A stretch of DNA of 64,000 nt from an uncultured cyanobacterium (lineage in GTDB: Bacteria > Cyanobacteriota > Cyanobacteriia > Cyanobacteriales > CAWUOF01), in NCBI GenBank assembly GCA_963744145.1, contig CAVUSO010000001.1, positions 6,016,001 to 6,080,000 of the forward strand, given 5' to 3'. Each line of letters starts with the position of its first letter. Position 1 is the stretch's first letter. The position numbers and the translations under genes were made by a program. This document shows positions 56,182 through 64,000 of the stretch, piece after piece. The notes under the pieces are model-generated. The model saw only the letters and a program-made list of their open reading frames with translations, had not been told where the DNA came from and made no database searches.

Positions 56182-56269
56182 GACGCCCCATCATCCCGCG
56201 CTTTTTTCAACTGAGAACAAAGCAAGAGACGGAGGTCGCCCACTAAGATAGAGGGTGATTGGAGTGGGG
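56182..56269 (-). terminator. Structured 3' region of nblA (long G-U-rich hairpin, terminator or RNA element)
   Basis: On the minus strand, GGCGACCUCCGUCUCUUGCUUU...AAAGCGCGGGAUGAUGGGGCGUC forms a long stem with several G-U pairs, followed by AACUUUUCUC. Confidence 0.5.
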
Positions 56270-56280
56270 AAAATTTACCT

Positions 56281-56478
56281 TTATTCAAGGCTAGGTCCTG
56301 ACTCTAAGCCCCACTTATGTTTTAAGAAATCTTGATACATTGTTTCCCTCAAAATCATTTGAGTGTAAATCTGCTTGAGGAAGTGCTGGGCTTGTTCTAA
56401 AGTCATCCGGTCTACTTGGCTTTCAAAGGACCGAATATTGAACTGTTTTTCGAGGGGAAGGTCCATAGGTTGGTTCAT
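56281..56478 (-). CDS. nblA: Phycobilisome degradation protein NblA
   Basis: LPLEKQFNIRSFESQVDRMTLEQAQHFL...QMILRE...LKHKWGL, with a GAGG RBS. Confidence 0.95.
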   Translation of the reverse strand: MNQPMDLPLEKQFNIRSFESQVDRMTLEQAQHFLKQIYTQMILRETMYQDFLKHKWGLESGPSLE

Positions 56479-56586
56479 AACTACCTCTAATTTATTATTC
56501 CAGTAGGAATGTTTGCCATCAGGTTACGCGATTTGCAATTCTGATTACTTTTAGGATGCCCTTGAATTTCCTTCGCGTTTCCTTTC

Positions 56587-56605
56587 TGTTACAGATTATA
56601 ACAAT
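56587..56605 (-). promoter_or_regulatory. Candidate nblA promoter (-10 TATAAT) overlapping an HLR1-like repeat
   Basis: The minus strand reads TTGTTATAATCTGTAACA. The plus strand GTTACAGA-TT-ATAACAAT resembles the (G/T)TTACA(T/A)(T/A) direct repeat bound by RpaB. Confidence 0.45.
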
Positions 56606-56762
56606 GGTTTGACAAAATTACCACTATGGTAATTAGGATTGTTTTCAAAACTTGACAAAGCAAGTTCCAGAGGGTCATAACCAAGTTGTATCAATTTGCA
56701 ATCCGTCAAAATGCTCAAAGTGAACCAAATTTTGGCGATCGGCCCAACCCCGAAAATGGACA

Positions 56763-56796
56763 AATCCCGCGATCGGTACTAGCGATCGCGGGATTT
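56763..56796. terminator. Hairpin downstream of the DUF4168-like gene
   Basis: AATCCCGCGATCG-gtactag-CGATCGCGGGATT is a perfect inverted repeat. Confidence 0.55.
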
Positions 56797-56853
56797 CTCA
56801 GGGTTTGATTTGGGCCAAGCTAATGCTTAATCAGATCGAATCAGGCCCAATGG

Positions 56854-57360
56854 TTAAGGGTGTTGTTGCAAATTGAGCAAAGCATTGTTGATCTTTTGTT
56901 TTAGATCTGAGTTTGTGGCCATGGCCGCCGTAATCTGGTTAAATTGTTCAACGCTCAAGCCATTACTTTTGATAATATTCGTAGACTGATTGCAGAAATT
57001 TTTAGCAGTATTACGGACATCATCAGTCGTGGTGAGTTGGTTCAAGCTTGCTGTTGTACAGAAAGTTTCTGGAATATCACTACCAATTTTTTTTTTAATA
57101 GTGTTGTATGCCTCTTGACGAAAATGTTCTATCTGCAAAATTGCCTTTGCATAACTGTTGATCTGTTGATCGGTGATCTGTTGGTCGGTAATAGAATCTA
57201 CAGCATAGACTAAAGAATTAAACTCTAATTTAGCAAAATGTCCCGACCAATTAGGGACAAGGCCCAAAAACAACTCGATCCCAACCAGGATACTGACTAT
57301 TAACCATCGCGATCGGAGCCAGTTGAGGGAAAAGCCAGAGTAAGAGAGAATCATAATCAT
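56854..57360 (-). CDS. Exported DUF4168-like protein
   Basis: N-terminal hydrophobic segment, then INSYAKAILQIE..RQ...C...FCNQS..II.SNGLSVEQFNQIT. Confidence 0.7.
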   Translation of the reverse strand: MIMILSYSGFSLNWLRSRWLIVSILVGIELFLGLVPNWSGHFAKLEFNSLVYAVDSITDQQITDQQINSYAKAILQIEHFRQEAYNTIKKKIGSDIPETFCTTASLNQLTTTDDVRNTAKNFCNQSTNIIKSNGLSVEQFNQITAAMATNSDLKQKINNALLNLQQHP

Positions 57361-57646
57361 CAGATCTAAAGTAAAAAAACCCAGACGACACAGGGCTTAA
57401 ATATGGGGAGCCCTTTTTTCAAGGAGAAGTTCCTTTTAATCTTTAACTTTAATGCTTTTTTTTGAGACTAGCCATTGGGCGATCGGCCAATTTTTATAAT
57501 GGTATTACCTCAGTTTACACCCAAGCTCAACTAGGCAAATTTATTTAACTTCAGTTTTCTAATTTTATCATCATTCCTTTTCGAGTCTGAATCAACCCCA
57601 TAAACCTTAAATTTATCAAAATGTGCTGATTACTTTGAGTCAAAAA

Positions 57647-58606
57647 TTAGGCTTTTCCTATATAGTAGAAACCAGGACGATCCCAAAAGTTTGATGATCG
57701 TTTCTGCACTTGTCCCTCTTCAGTATTTTGGAATAAAACAGTGAAAGCACCTGCACCCATCCCAGCTTGGGGCCACATCCGGTAGCAAGGAATAGCCGAC
57801 AAGTGTGATTGATAGTTAATTAAATCAGGAATTATCACAGGTACAAACTGGGGAAATTTGGTCAGAAACCATTCTCCCACTTCTTCATTTTCTTCTGGTG
57901 AATAAGTACAAGTCATATAAGCTAGATATCCTTGTGGAGCGACGATTTGGGCGGAATTTCCTAAAATTCTTTTTTGTCGATTGGCATTTTTATTAATATT
58001 TATTGGATGGAAACAGCCTACTGCTTTTTCACCTTTTGCTAATAAAGATTGACCCGAACAAGGTGCATCGACTATGACTAGGTTAGCAGTTTTATTAATT
58101 AATTCTGCTACATATTTGACATCCATACTGAAAACATAAGCTGGACTAATTTGGCAACGTTTTAAATTAGAAATTAACATCCCGATGCGTTTACCAATGA
58201 CTTCGTTGCTGACCAGTAATTCCGGGGCTAAAGCTCGATAAGCAAAGATACTTTTTCCTCCTGGAGCGGCACAGAGATCGCAAATTAAATGTACAGGAGT
58301 TGAGATTGTTAATAAGGTTGAAGCGGCAAAGACAGAAGAGAAATCCAGACAATAAAAATGGCCGATGACATGGCCAGGATGCTGGCCTGGTCTTGACCCA
58401 ATTTCAAGACGATCTACAAAAGTAGGTTGCCAGGGTAAGGAAGATAATACTGGTAGGGAAAAATTGGTTGGTTTTTGCTGACACCAGAGGATACTAGGTG
58501 CAAATAGACTAGGTTGAACCAAAGCATGAACAAATTTTTCTTGTTCCGTTGAGTCACTAAATAGTCGTTGACTTAATTTAAGTAATAGTTTGGTCGGTTT
58601 TTCCAT
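57647..58606 (-). CDS. RsmB/NOP (RsmF-like) RNA m5C methyltransferase
   Basis: DLCAAPGGKS, VDAPCSG, YMTCTYSPEENE. Confidence 0.9.
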   Translation of the reverse strand: MEKPTKLLLKLSQRLFSDSTEQEKFVHALVQPSLFAPSILWCQQKPTNFSLPVLSSLPWQPTFVDRLEIGSRPGQHPGHVIGHFYCLDFSSVFAASTLLTISTPVHLICDLCAAPGGKSIFAYRALAPELLVSNEVIGKRIGMLISNLKRCQISPAYVFSMDVKYVAELINKTANLVIVDAPCSGQSLLAKGEKAVGCFHPININKNANRQKRILGNSAQIVAPQGYLAYMTCTYSPEENEEVGEWFLTKFPQFVPVIIPDLINYQSHLSAIPCYRMWPQAGMGAGAFTVLFQNTEEGQVQKRSSNFWDRPGFYYIGKA

Positions 58607-58830
58607 TCCTTAATTATCTGTGCTAATCGGCGATCGCCAGCTTGATGAGGACATATTTTTTTGTGGTTGGGAAAATTAAGGCAAGTAGAAAAAGGTGTGG
58701 ATCTAGTCTTGGCGATCGCCTAAAATAGTGGAAACAACATAGACAACTAACCAGGGATAGAATAGCATGGTAAGCATGACTCATTTCAACTTCTTAAGGA
58801 TCAGTTGACAAAGGCAAAAAAGTAAAATTT

Positions 58831-59673
58831 ATGGAATGGGCCAAATACATCCAAGAGCCTAAATATCTGGTATTAGGCATTGCTACTGGTTTAATTGCAC
58901 TTCATCTTACCTTAATTGGAAGAACCAATAACCTGGATCTGCTGGGGAGCAGTATGCTTTTTTGGGGAGCAGTTGCTTTTCTGGTATCAGACAAACAAGA
59001 GCAACTCCGTTGGGAAAGCGGAGTTTTCTCCAGTTTTTTTGGTGCGACATTGATCACTTTTATCCTATTGAGAAGTCTCTCTATTAATGGGTATGATATT
59101 TTCCTGCGGTTTTTACCTTTTCTTGCCGCTTTCAGTGTTGCTTTAATGGCGTCTGGGTGGAAAGGATTAAAGCAATATTGGCAAGAGTTAGCAATTCTGT
59201 GCTTTCTGATGATTCCGCCAGGATTACCCGCAATTTTTATTGATGTCGCCCAAATAACAGCTAAATTTACTGGTTTTATCCTCTGGTATTTAGGCTTTCA
59301 CGTAATTCGAGAAGGTCTGAGTCTCAAACTACCTAATGGAACAGTAGTAGTCGAGGAAGGTTGTTCAGGTGTCAGTGTCATTTTGCAACTTTTGGGACTA
59401 TCAATCATTTTATTATTTATGTTTCCCGAACTCAAATTAAACAAAAAAATCATTGCACCAATTGTGGCAATTTTTTTAGCGTTTATCGTTAACTCCATCC
59501 GAGTTGCACTCTTAGCTGTTTTGGTCGCTTATTCTAATAAAGAATCTTTTGAATATTGGCACAAAGGAACTGGTTCTCTGATTTTTTCCATGATTGCTGT
59601 GGCCATATTTGGATTATTTTGCCAATTTGTGCTACTGCGGGATGATGATGTAGGTAAGCAGAATCTGACTTAA
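58831..59673 (+). CDS. crtA: Cyanoexosortase A (exosortase family)
   Basis: Multi-TM protein with V.EGCSG (catalytic Cys), N.IRV (Arg) and FEYWH.G.GS (His). Confidence 0.85.
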   Translation: MEWAKYIQEPKYLVLGIATGLIALHLTLIGRTNNLDLLGSSMLFWGAVAFLVSDKQEQLRWESGVFSSFFGATLITFILLRSLSINGYDIFLRFLPFLAAFSVALMASGWKGLKQYWQELAILCFLMIPPGLPAIFIDVAQITAKFTGFILWYLGFHVIREGLSLKLPNGTVVVEEGCSGVSVILQLLGLSIILLFMFPELKLNKKIIAPIVAIFLAFIVNSIRVALLAVLVAYSNKESFEYWHKGTGSLIFSMIAVAIFGLFCQFVLLRDDDVGKQNLT

Positions 59674-59711
59674 GAAAAACGAAACTATTTGTGCTATAAT
59701 TTATTTTAATC

Positions 59712-60416
59712 ATGGTTGTGGTAAAAAATACTGCTAACAAAATGACCAATTGGCAACGTGTGAGGATCGGGCTGCTGACTGTAACCTTGATTGCTGTCCT
59801 TTTTATTTTGGGAAAATTAACTTTTTATCCTCCGGTTGATAATTTTACTTTTACTCCATTTCAATTTCCCAAAACCGTTCCCTTATCGACCTGGGAGCAG
59901 ATCGATAGTGTACCTTTAAAATCGAAAGATTATCCAGATGTTTTGACCAGTTGGCAATATAAATATCAAAAAAATCTTGATGCTAATTCGTGGAAATTGG
60001 ATATAGATATGCGTTATTTAGTTAACACTGATGGTAAAGTCGAAAAATGGATGCAGGAAATTGCAGGAATGAAGTTTTCTGCGGCGAAATTAAGCTATGG
60101 TAATCAAGCCGGAGTAGGTAGCTATGGACTATTAGAGTATCAAGAAAGAGCCTATTTGAGTTCTTGTATCAACCCCAGGGGATTGAGTACATTTGAACTT
60201 GACCAATTTCGCCAAAATCGGAATCTCTACGATCTGCAATTTAGTCGGATATTAGCTTGGATTTTGGGTCGAGAAAGCTTAAAAGATAACCGTTGTTTAT
60301 GGTCTCAGCTTTCTTTACCTTTAGAAAAAACTGATCTTAATAAAGCTTATAAAATCTTAGCAGCAGTATGGAGTGATTGGTATCAGTGGTGGCAACCACG
60401 TTTTCCACCTTCTTAA
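59712..60416 (+). CDS. Cyanoexosortase A system-associated protein
   Basis: N-terminal TM, FQFPKTVPL, AYLSSCINPRG, RCLWSQLS and WYQWWQPRFP. It is adjacent to the exosortase. Confidence 0.8.
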   Translation: MVVVKNTANKMTNWQRVRIGLLTVTLIAVLFILGKLTFYPPVDNFTFTPFQFPKTVPLSTWEQIDSVPLKSKDYPDVLTSWQYKYQKNLDANSWKLDIDMRYLVNTDGKVEKWMQEIAGMKFSAAKLSYGNQAGVGSYGLLEYQERAYLSSCINPRGLSTFELDQFRQNRNLYDLQFSRILAWILGRESLKDNRCLWSQLSLPLEKTDLNKAYKILAAVWSDWYQWWQPRFPPS

Positions 60417-60491
60417 TCTGCAAAAACTACAGACAAAATCGGAAAATTTTTGTACTATTACTATTGACAACAATATCAAAAATCATAATTT

Positions 60492-61178
60492 ATGAATGGC
60501 ATGGAAGAAAACCAGGGACAGTCTATCTATAGACTACGTTGGGTCGGCTACGGTTTAGTCTTGTTTGCTCTATTTGACGTTATTCAAATTTTGATCCCAC
60601 CAAATTTCATGGACCCGGTGTGGGAATTACAAACAATTGGAGCTTTAGTGGAACGAGTTCCTGTTCCTTTGATTGGACTCTTGTTAATTTTTTTTGGAGA
60701 AGATTTCGATCGCACTAGAATCGAAGATTTTTTGTTGAAATTCGGGAGATGGTTTTTGCTAATTTTGGCACTAATCTTCCTGGGATTAGTACCCCTAGGG
60801 ATTGTTGATACAATCCGAATTAATGCCAAAAATAATGACCAAATTACCAGCTTAGAGCAAAAACAGCTCAACCAGCTAAGTGGTGTCGAAACCCAAGTCA
60901 ATAAGGGGACAAATGAAGAGATTAAAAGTCTGGGAGCAGACCTAAACCGGATCGGGATAGCAGTAGATAGTCAAAAACCTGATGAACTAAGAAGCAAAAT
61001 TCTCGAAAGACTAAATACTGCTAAAACTCAAGTACCACAACAAGCAAAGACAACGCGTTCAAATCAGCGTCTGCTCTTACTGAAAAATTCAGTAAAATGG
61101 AACATTGGTGCTTTGGTTTCTAGTGTCCTCTACTTTATTCTCTGGAAAAGTACAAATTGGACAAACAAACTTGGCTAA
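60492..61178 (+). CDS. hpsJ: HpsJ-family membrane protein
   Basis: LRWVGYGL, IPPNFMDPVWELQTIGALVERVPVPLIG and LLKNSVKWNIGAL, with a coiled-coil loop. Confidence 0.75.
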   Translation: MNGMEENQGQSIYRLRWVGYGLVLFALFDVIQILIPPNFMDPVWELQTIGALVERVPVPLIGLLLIFFGEDFDRTRIEDFLLKFGRWFLLILALIFLGLVPLGIVDTIRINAKNNDQITSLEQKQLNQLSGVETQVNKGTNEEIKSLGADLNRIGIAVDSQKPDELRSKILERLNTAKTQVPQQAKTTRSNQRLLLLKNSVKWNIGALVSSVLYFILWKSTNWTNKLG

Positions 61179-61539
61179 GAGTCTCAAGTAGAAAACCAGA
61201 CAATTTTGGGGACGGTCATTGGCCCAATAATTACTCTGGTTCTGATACCTTCTGAGCAATTTGGGGAAAGCTTGATTGTAAGTAAGGAGTAAGTCAATAT
61301 TTCTTCTTATTTTAAAAAAAACTTGCCGCTCTTGGTGCCAAGTAAGGAATAATCAGTTTAATCTTAAATTAGCTGTACTCCATCAGTCAGAGAATGCCAT
61401 CGATGAGGTGCCCTCAACTTAGGCAGATTATTGATCAGGAATAGCATGAACCTGAATGTTGGGACTGTATCCATGGGAATTACTACAGCACTTAAGTTGA
61501 TAACTGATCAAAGTCTTTTTGTAAAATCACAGTTTTCTT

Positions 61540-62913
61540 ATGTCAGACTCTCGTCCTCCGGTTCCACCCCCTCCTGGATCTCGTGGAGTTCCCCCTGCAC
61601 CACCGCCTGGGCGACCTCCTGCTAATGGTGCTATTCCAGGAACGGGGCAAAGAATGCCCGCGCCCACTATGCCCCCACCACCAGGTACAGGGGTTCCCCG
61701 TAATCCGACTGCACCACCACCAATGCCCGGAAGACCGCCTGCTGGCTCGACAGCTCCCACTAATCCGACGACACCAACACCTCAATCTAGTGCCCCAAAA
61801 GCACCTCAACCGACAGCACCAGTCATGGTTAGTGGTAATGGACCAAGTCCAGGACAACCAACTTTAGCTCAAATTGTCCGTAAAGCTTTTGATGATGGTA
61901 TTTCTGATATCCACGTTGGTGTAGGGGAAGCTCCTCGATTTCGCAAACGGGGTGACATGATCAACACCGATTTTCCCGAAACAGATTATCCCAGTTTTAT
62001 GAGTTGGTTGCGGGAGGTAATGAGTGACGAAGAAATTAATCACTTTGAGGATCATCTAGACTTTGACGGTGTTACCCAATACGAATTCTCACGGGCACGG
62101 ATTAATGTGTTCGGTTCGATGAAGGGTCCGGCAATGGTCATGCGTTTGATTCCGAATAATATTTTAAGTATGGAGCAGTTAAAACTGCCGGAGGTATTCA
62201 GAGACATCTGTCATTATCATAAAGGTCTGGTTTTGGTGACAGGACCAACGGGATCTGGTAAGTCTACTACAATGGCTGCCATGATTGACTTCATTAACAA
62301 AAATATGCCCAAACATATTATTACTATTGAAGACCCGATTGAGTTTGTGCATACCAGCCGACAGTCTTTGATTAAACACCGAGAAGTTGGACAGCATACC
62401 AGAAAATTTGATAATGCTTTGAAAGCTGCACTACGGGAAGATCCAGATTTGATTCTGGTCGGGGAAATGCGGGATAAGGAAACCGTGAATACTGCGCTTA
62501 AAGCTGCCCAAACTGGTCACTTGGTGATGGGAACTTTGCACACTAATAGCGCGGTGAAAACGATTGAGCGGATTCTAAACCTTTATTCGGCTGAAGAACA
62601 GCAATCGATGAAGGTTGCGATCTCTGAATCTTTGATGGCGATCGTTGCTCAGGGTTTGTGCAAAACAACGGATGGTAAGCGGGCTGCCTATCACGATATC
62701 TTGATTAGTACCGATGCGATCAAGGAATATATTTTGCGTGGGCAGTATGAGGAAATTACTCAAATCATGCAAAGATCCAGTTTTGATGGGATGCAAACCA
62801 TGAACCAAGCTCTCTATAATCTTTATAGTGAAGGTCGCATTACCGAAGAAGAAGCTTTGGAAAAATCTCCTACTCCCAACGAAATGGCTCAGATGTTGCG
62901 TGGTCGAGTCTAA
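61540..62913 (+). CDS. pilT: Type IV pilus retraction ATPase PilT (PilT2-like) with a Pro-rich N-terminal extension
   Basis: SDIHVGVG, Walker A GPTGSGKSTT, ITIEDPIEF, ALREDPDLILVGEMRD and His box TGHLVMGTLHT. The first ~105 aa are Pro-rich. Confidence 0.92.
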   Translation: MSDSRPPVPPPPGSRGVPPAPPPGRPPANGAIPGTGQRMPAPTMPPPPGTGVPRNPTAPPPMPGRPPAGSTAPTNPTTPTPQSSAPKAPQPTAPVMVSGNGPSPGQPTLAQIVRKAFDDGISDIHVGVGEAPRFRKRGDMINTDFPETDYPSFMSWLREVMSDEEINHFEDHLDFDGVTQYEFSRARINVFGSMKGPAMVMRLIPNNILSMEQLKLPEVFRDICHYHKGLVLVTGPTGSGKSTTMAAMIDFINKNMPKHIITIEDPIEFVHTSRQSLIKHREVGQHTRKFDNALKAALREDPDLILVGEMRDKETVNTALKAAQTGHLVMGTLHTNSAVKTIERILNLYSAEEQQSMKVAISESLMAIVAQGLCKTTDGKRAAYHDILISTDAIKEYILRGQYEEITQIMQRSSFDGMQTMNQALYNLYSEGRITEEEALEKSPTPNEMAQMLRGRV

Positions 62914-62998
62914 ATAATATCTTTCCCAACTTATTCTGGAAATGTTATGATCGAGGCTTGCCCTCGTTTTTTTTTCCTATTATTAATTTTGCCAGTAT

Positions 62999-64000
62999 AT
63001 GATTCAGACTAATTCTGTTGAGGTCGGCCCCATTACACTTTTTACCGAAAAAATAGGTAACTCTTTAACAAAACGTCCAATTAGGGTTTTACAAATTAAT
63101 TTAGGTAAAAGATGTAATCTTGTTTGTAATCATTGTCATGTGGAAGCTTCACCAAAACGAACTGAAGAATTAACCCCAGAAATTTGCCACCAATTAATTG
63201 AGTTAATTAACAAATTTCCCCAAATTAAAACCGTGGATCTTACTGGTGGTGCGCCAGAAATGTTATCTGGGTTTAAACCATTAGTAGCAGCAGCAAGATT
63301 AGCAGGTAAAGAGGTAATAGTTCGATCTAATTTGACTATTTATTTTGAACCTGGATTTGAGGATATTCCGGAATATTGTCAGCAAAATCAGGTCAGAATT
63401 GTTGCGTCGCTACCTTGTTATCTGCAAGATAATGTTGATCAAATGCGAGGGAATGGTGTTTATGATGCTTCGATTCGGGCTCTACAATATCTCAATCATC
63501 TTGGTTATGGAAGAAGTGCTAATTTAATTTTAGATTTGGTGTATAACCCCCCACTTCCTAATTCAGAAAAATTTACTCTTCCCCCTGAACAAGGTAGACT
63601 AGAAAGAGATTATAAAGTGTTCTTGCAGGAACATTTTGATATTTTATTTAATCACTTATTTACTATTACTAATTTACCAATTGGTCGGACTAAGTTTAGT
63701 CTAGAGCGTAGACAATTATATGAGTCTTATTTACGTTTTTTAGAAGATAATTTTAATTCCAGTACCATTAGTTATTTAATGTGTCGAGAGCAACTTTCGA
63801 TCGATTATTTAGGTAATGTTTATGATTGTGATTTTAATCAGATGGTGGGGTTGGGTGCAAAAAGTGTTAATGGTGAACTCCTGACGGTTGCGAAATTGTT
63901 AGCTACGGAAAGTTTAGATTTAATTAAGGAAGTGCAGACTGCTCCTTTTTGCTATGGTTGTACTGCTGGTTGTGGTTCTAGCTGTGGTGGTGCTTTGGTT
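62999..64000 (+). CDS. arsS: Arsenosugar-biosynthesis-type radical SAM protein (3'-truncated, missed by the ORF track)
   Basis: The frame is open from ATG 62999 to the window end: LQINLGKRCNLVCNHCHVEASP (CxxxCxxC), VDLTGGAPE, VASLPCY, YDCDFNQM and CYGCTAGCGSSCGGAL. Confidence 0.85.
   Translation, partial: MIQTNSVEVGPITLFTEKIGNSLTKRPIRVLQINLGKRCNLVCNHCHVEASPKRTEELTPEICHQLIELINKFPQIKTVDLTGGAPEMLSGFKPLVAAARLAGKEVIVRSNLTIYFEPGFEDIPEYCQQNQVRIVASLPCYLQDNVDQMRGNGVYDASIRALQYLNHLGYGRSANLILDLVYNPPLPNSEKFTLPPEQGRLERDYKVFLQEHFDILFNHLFTITNLPIGRTKFSLERRQLYESYLRFLEDNFNSSTISYLMCREQLSIDYLGNVYDCDFNQMVGLGAKSVNGELLTVAKLLATESLDLIKEVQTAPFCYGCTAGCGSSCGGALV

Larger units (their letters stand above)
1..64000. repeat. 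HIP1 octamer GCGATCGC dispersed throughout
   Basis: Dozens of copies in coding and intergenic DNA (e.g. 628, 2470, 9049, 22312, 46847, 46886, 47012), a cyanobacterial hallmark. Confidence 0.95.

Noticed and set aside
61180..61539. Riboswitch (e.g. c-di-GMP) or small ORF in the pilT leader
   Set aside because: I could not match any riboswitch consensus, and only short end-pairing (GCTGTA/TACAGC) is visible. The overlapping short ORFs are shadows of the Pro-rich region.
1054..63527. Numerous 60-130 aa ORFs overlapping larger genes
   Set aside because: They are antisense or alternate-frame shadows of well-supported CDSs, with no recognisable motifs (e.g. 63345-63527 lies within arsS).
1..64000. 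rRNA, tRNA, transposase, prophage or defence genes
   Set aside because: I recognised none by eye. A tRNAscan, Rfam or HMM run would be needed to exclude small or divergent ones.

Overview
Chromosomal window from a cyanobacterium, probably filamentous. The evidence is abundant HIP1 GCGATCGC, split rpoC1/rpoC2, nblA, crtD, cyanoexosortase A and hpsJ. Housekeeping loci are gnd, ftsL-like/ftsI, hslO, hisD, rpsT-tatD-rpoB-rpoC1-rpoC2, nblA and pilT. Accessory loci are an EmrAB efflux pair, a REC/glutaredoxin-fold/TrxR-like fusion with a cNMP-domain histidine kinase and a small membrane CxxC protein, a secreted seven-repeat lectin-like propeller, an ACAD-cyclase fusion, a giant Ser/Thr kinase-AAA-GAF-His kinase, four tandem GT41 (OGT/HMW1C-like) glycosyltransferases and a radical SAM ArsS gene that the ORF track missed. 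The most striking features are: (i) a ~140-aa in-frame, repetitive, HIP1-rich insertion in RNA polymerase beta; (ii) the A-B-B-A GT41 cluster; (iii) a redox/two-component module lacking canonical CxxC motifs; and (iv) GTAG-type REP/MITE repeats, including a 156-bp tandem triplication and a multiply nested element. Three single-base frameshifts (rpoB, hisD, kinase) are most likely sequencing errors. I recognised no rRNA, tRNA, CRISPR array or transposase. All assignments come from motif recognition by eye; no searches were run.
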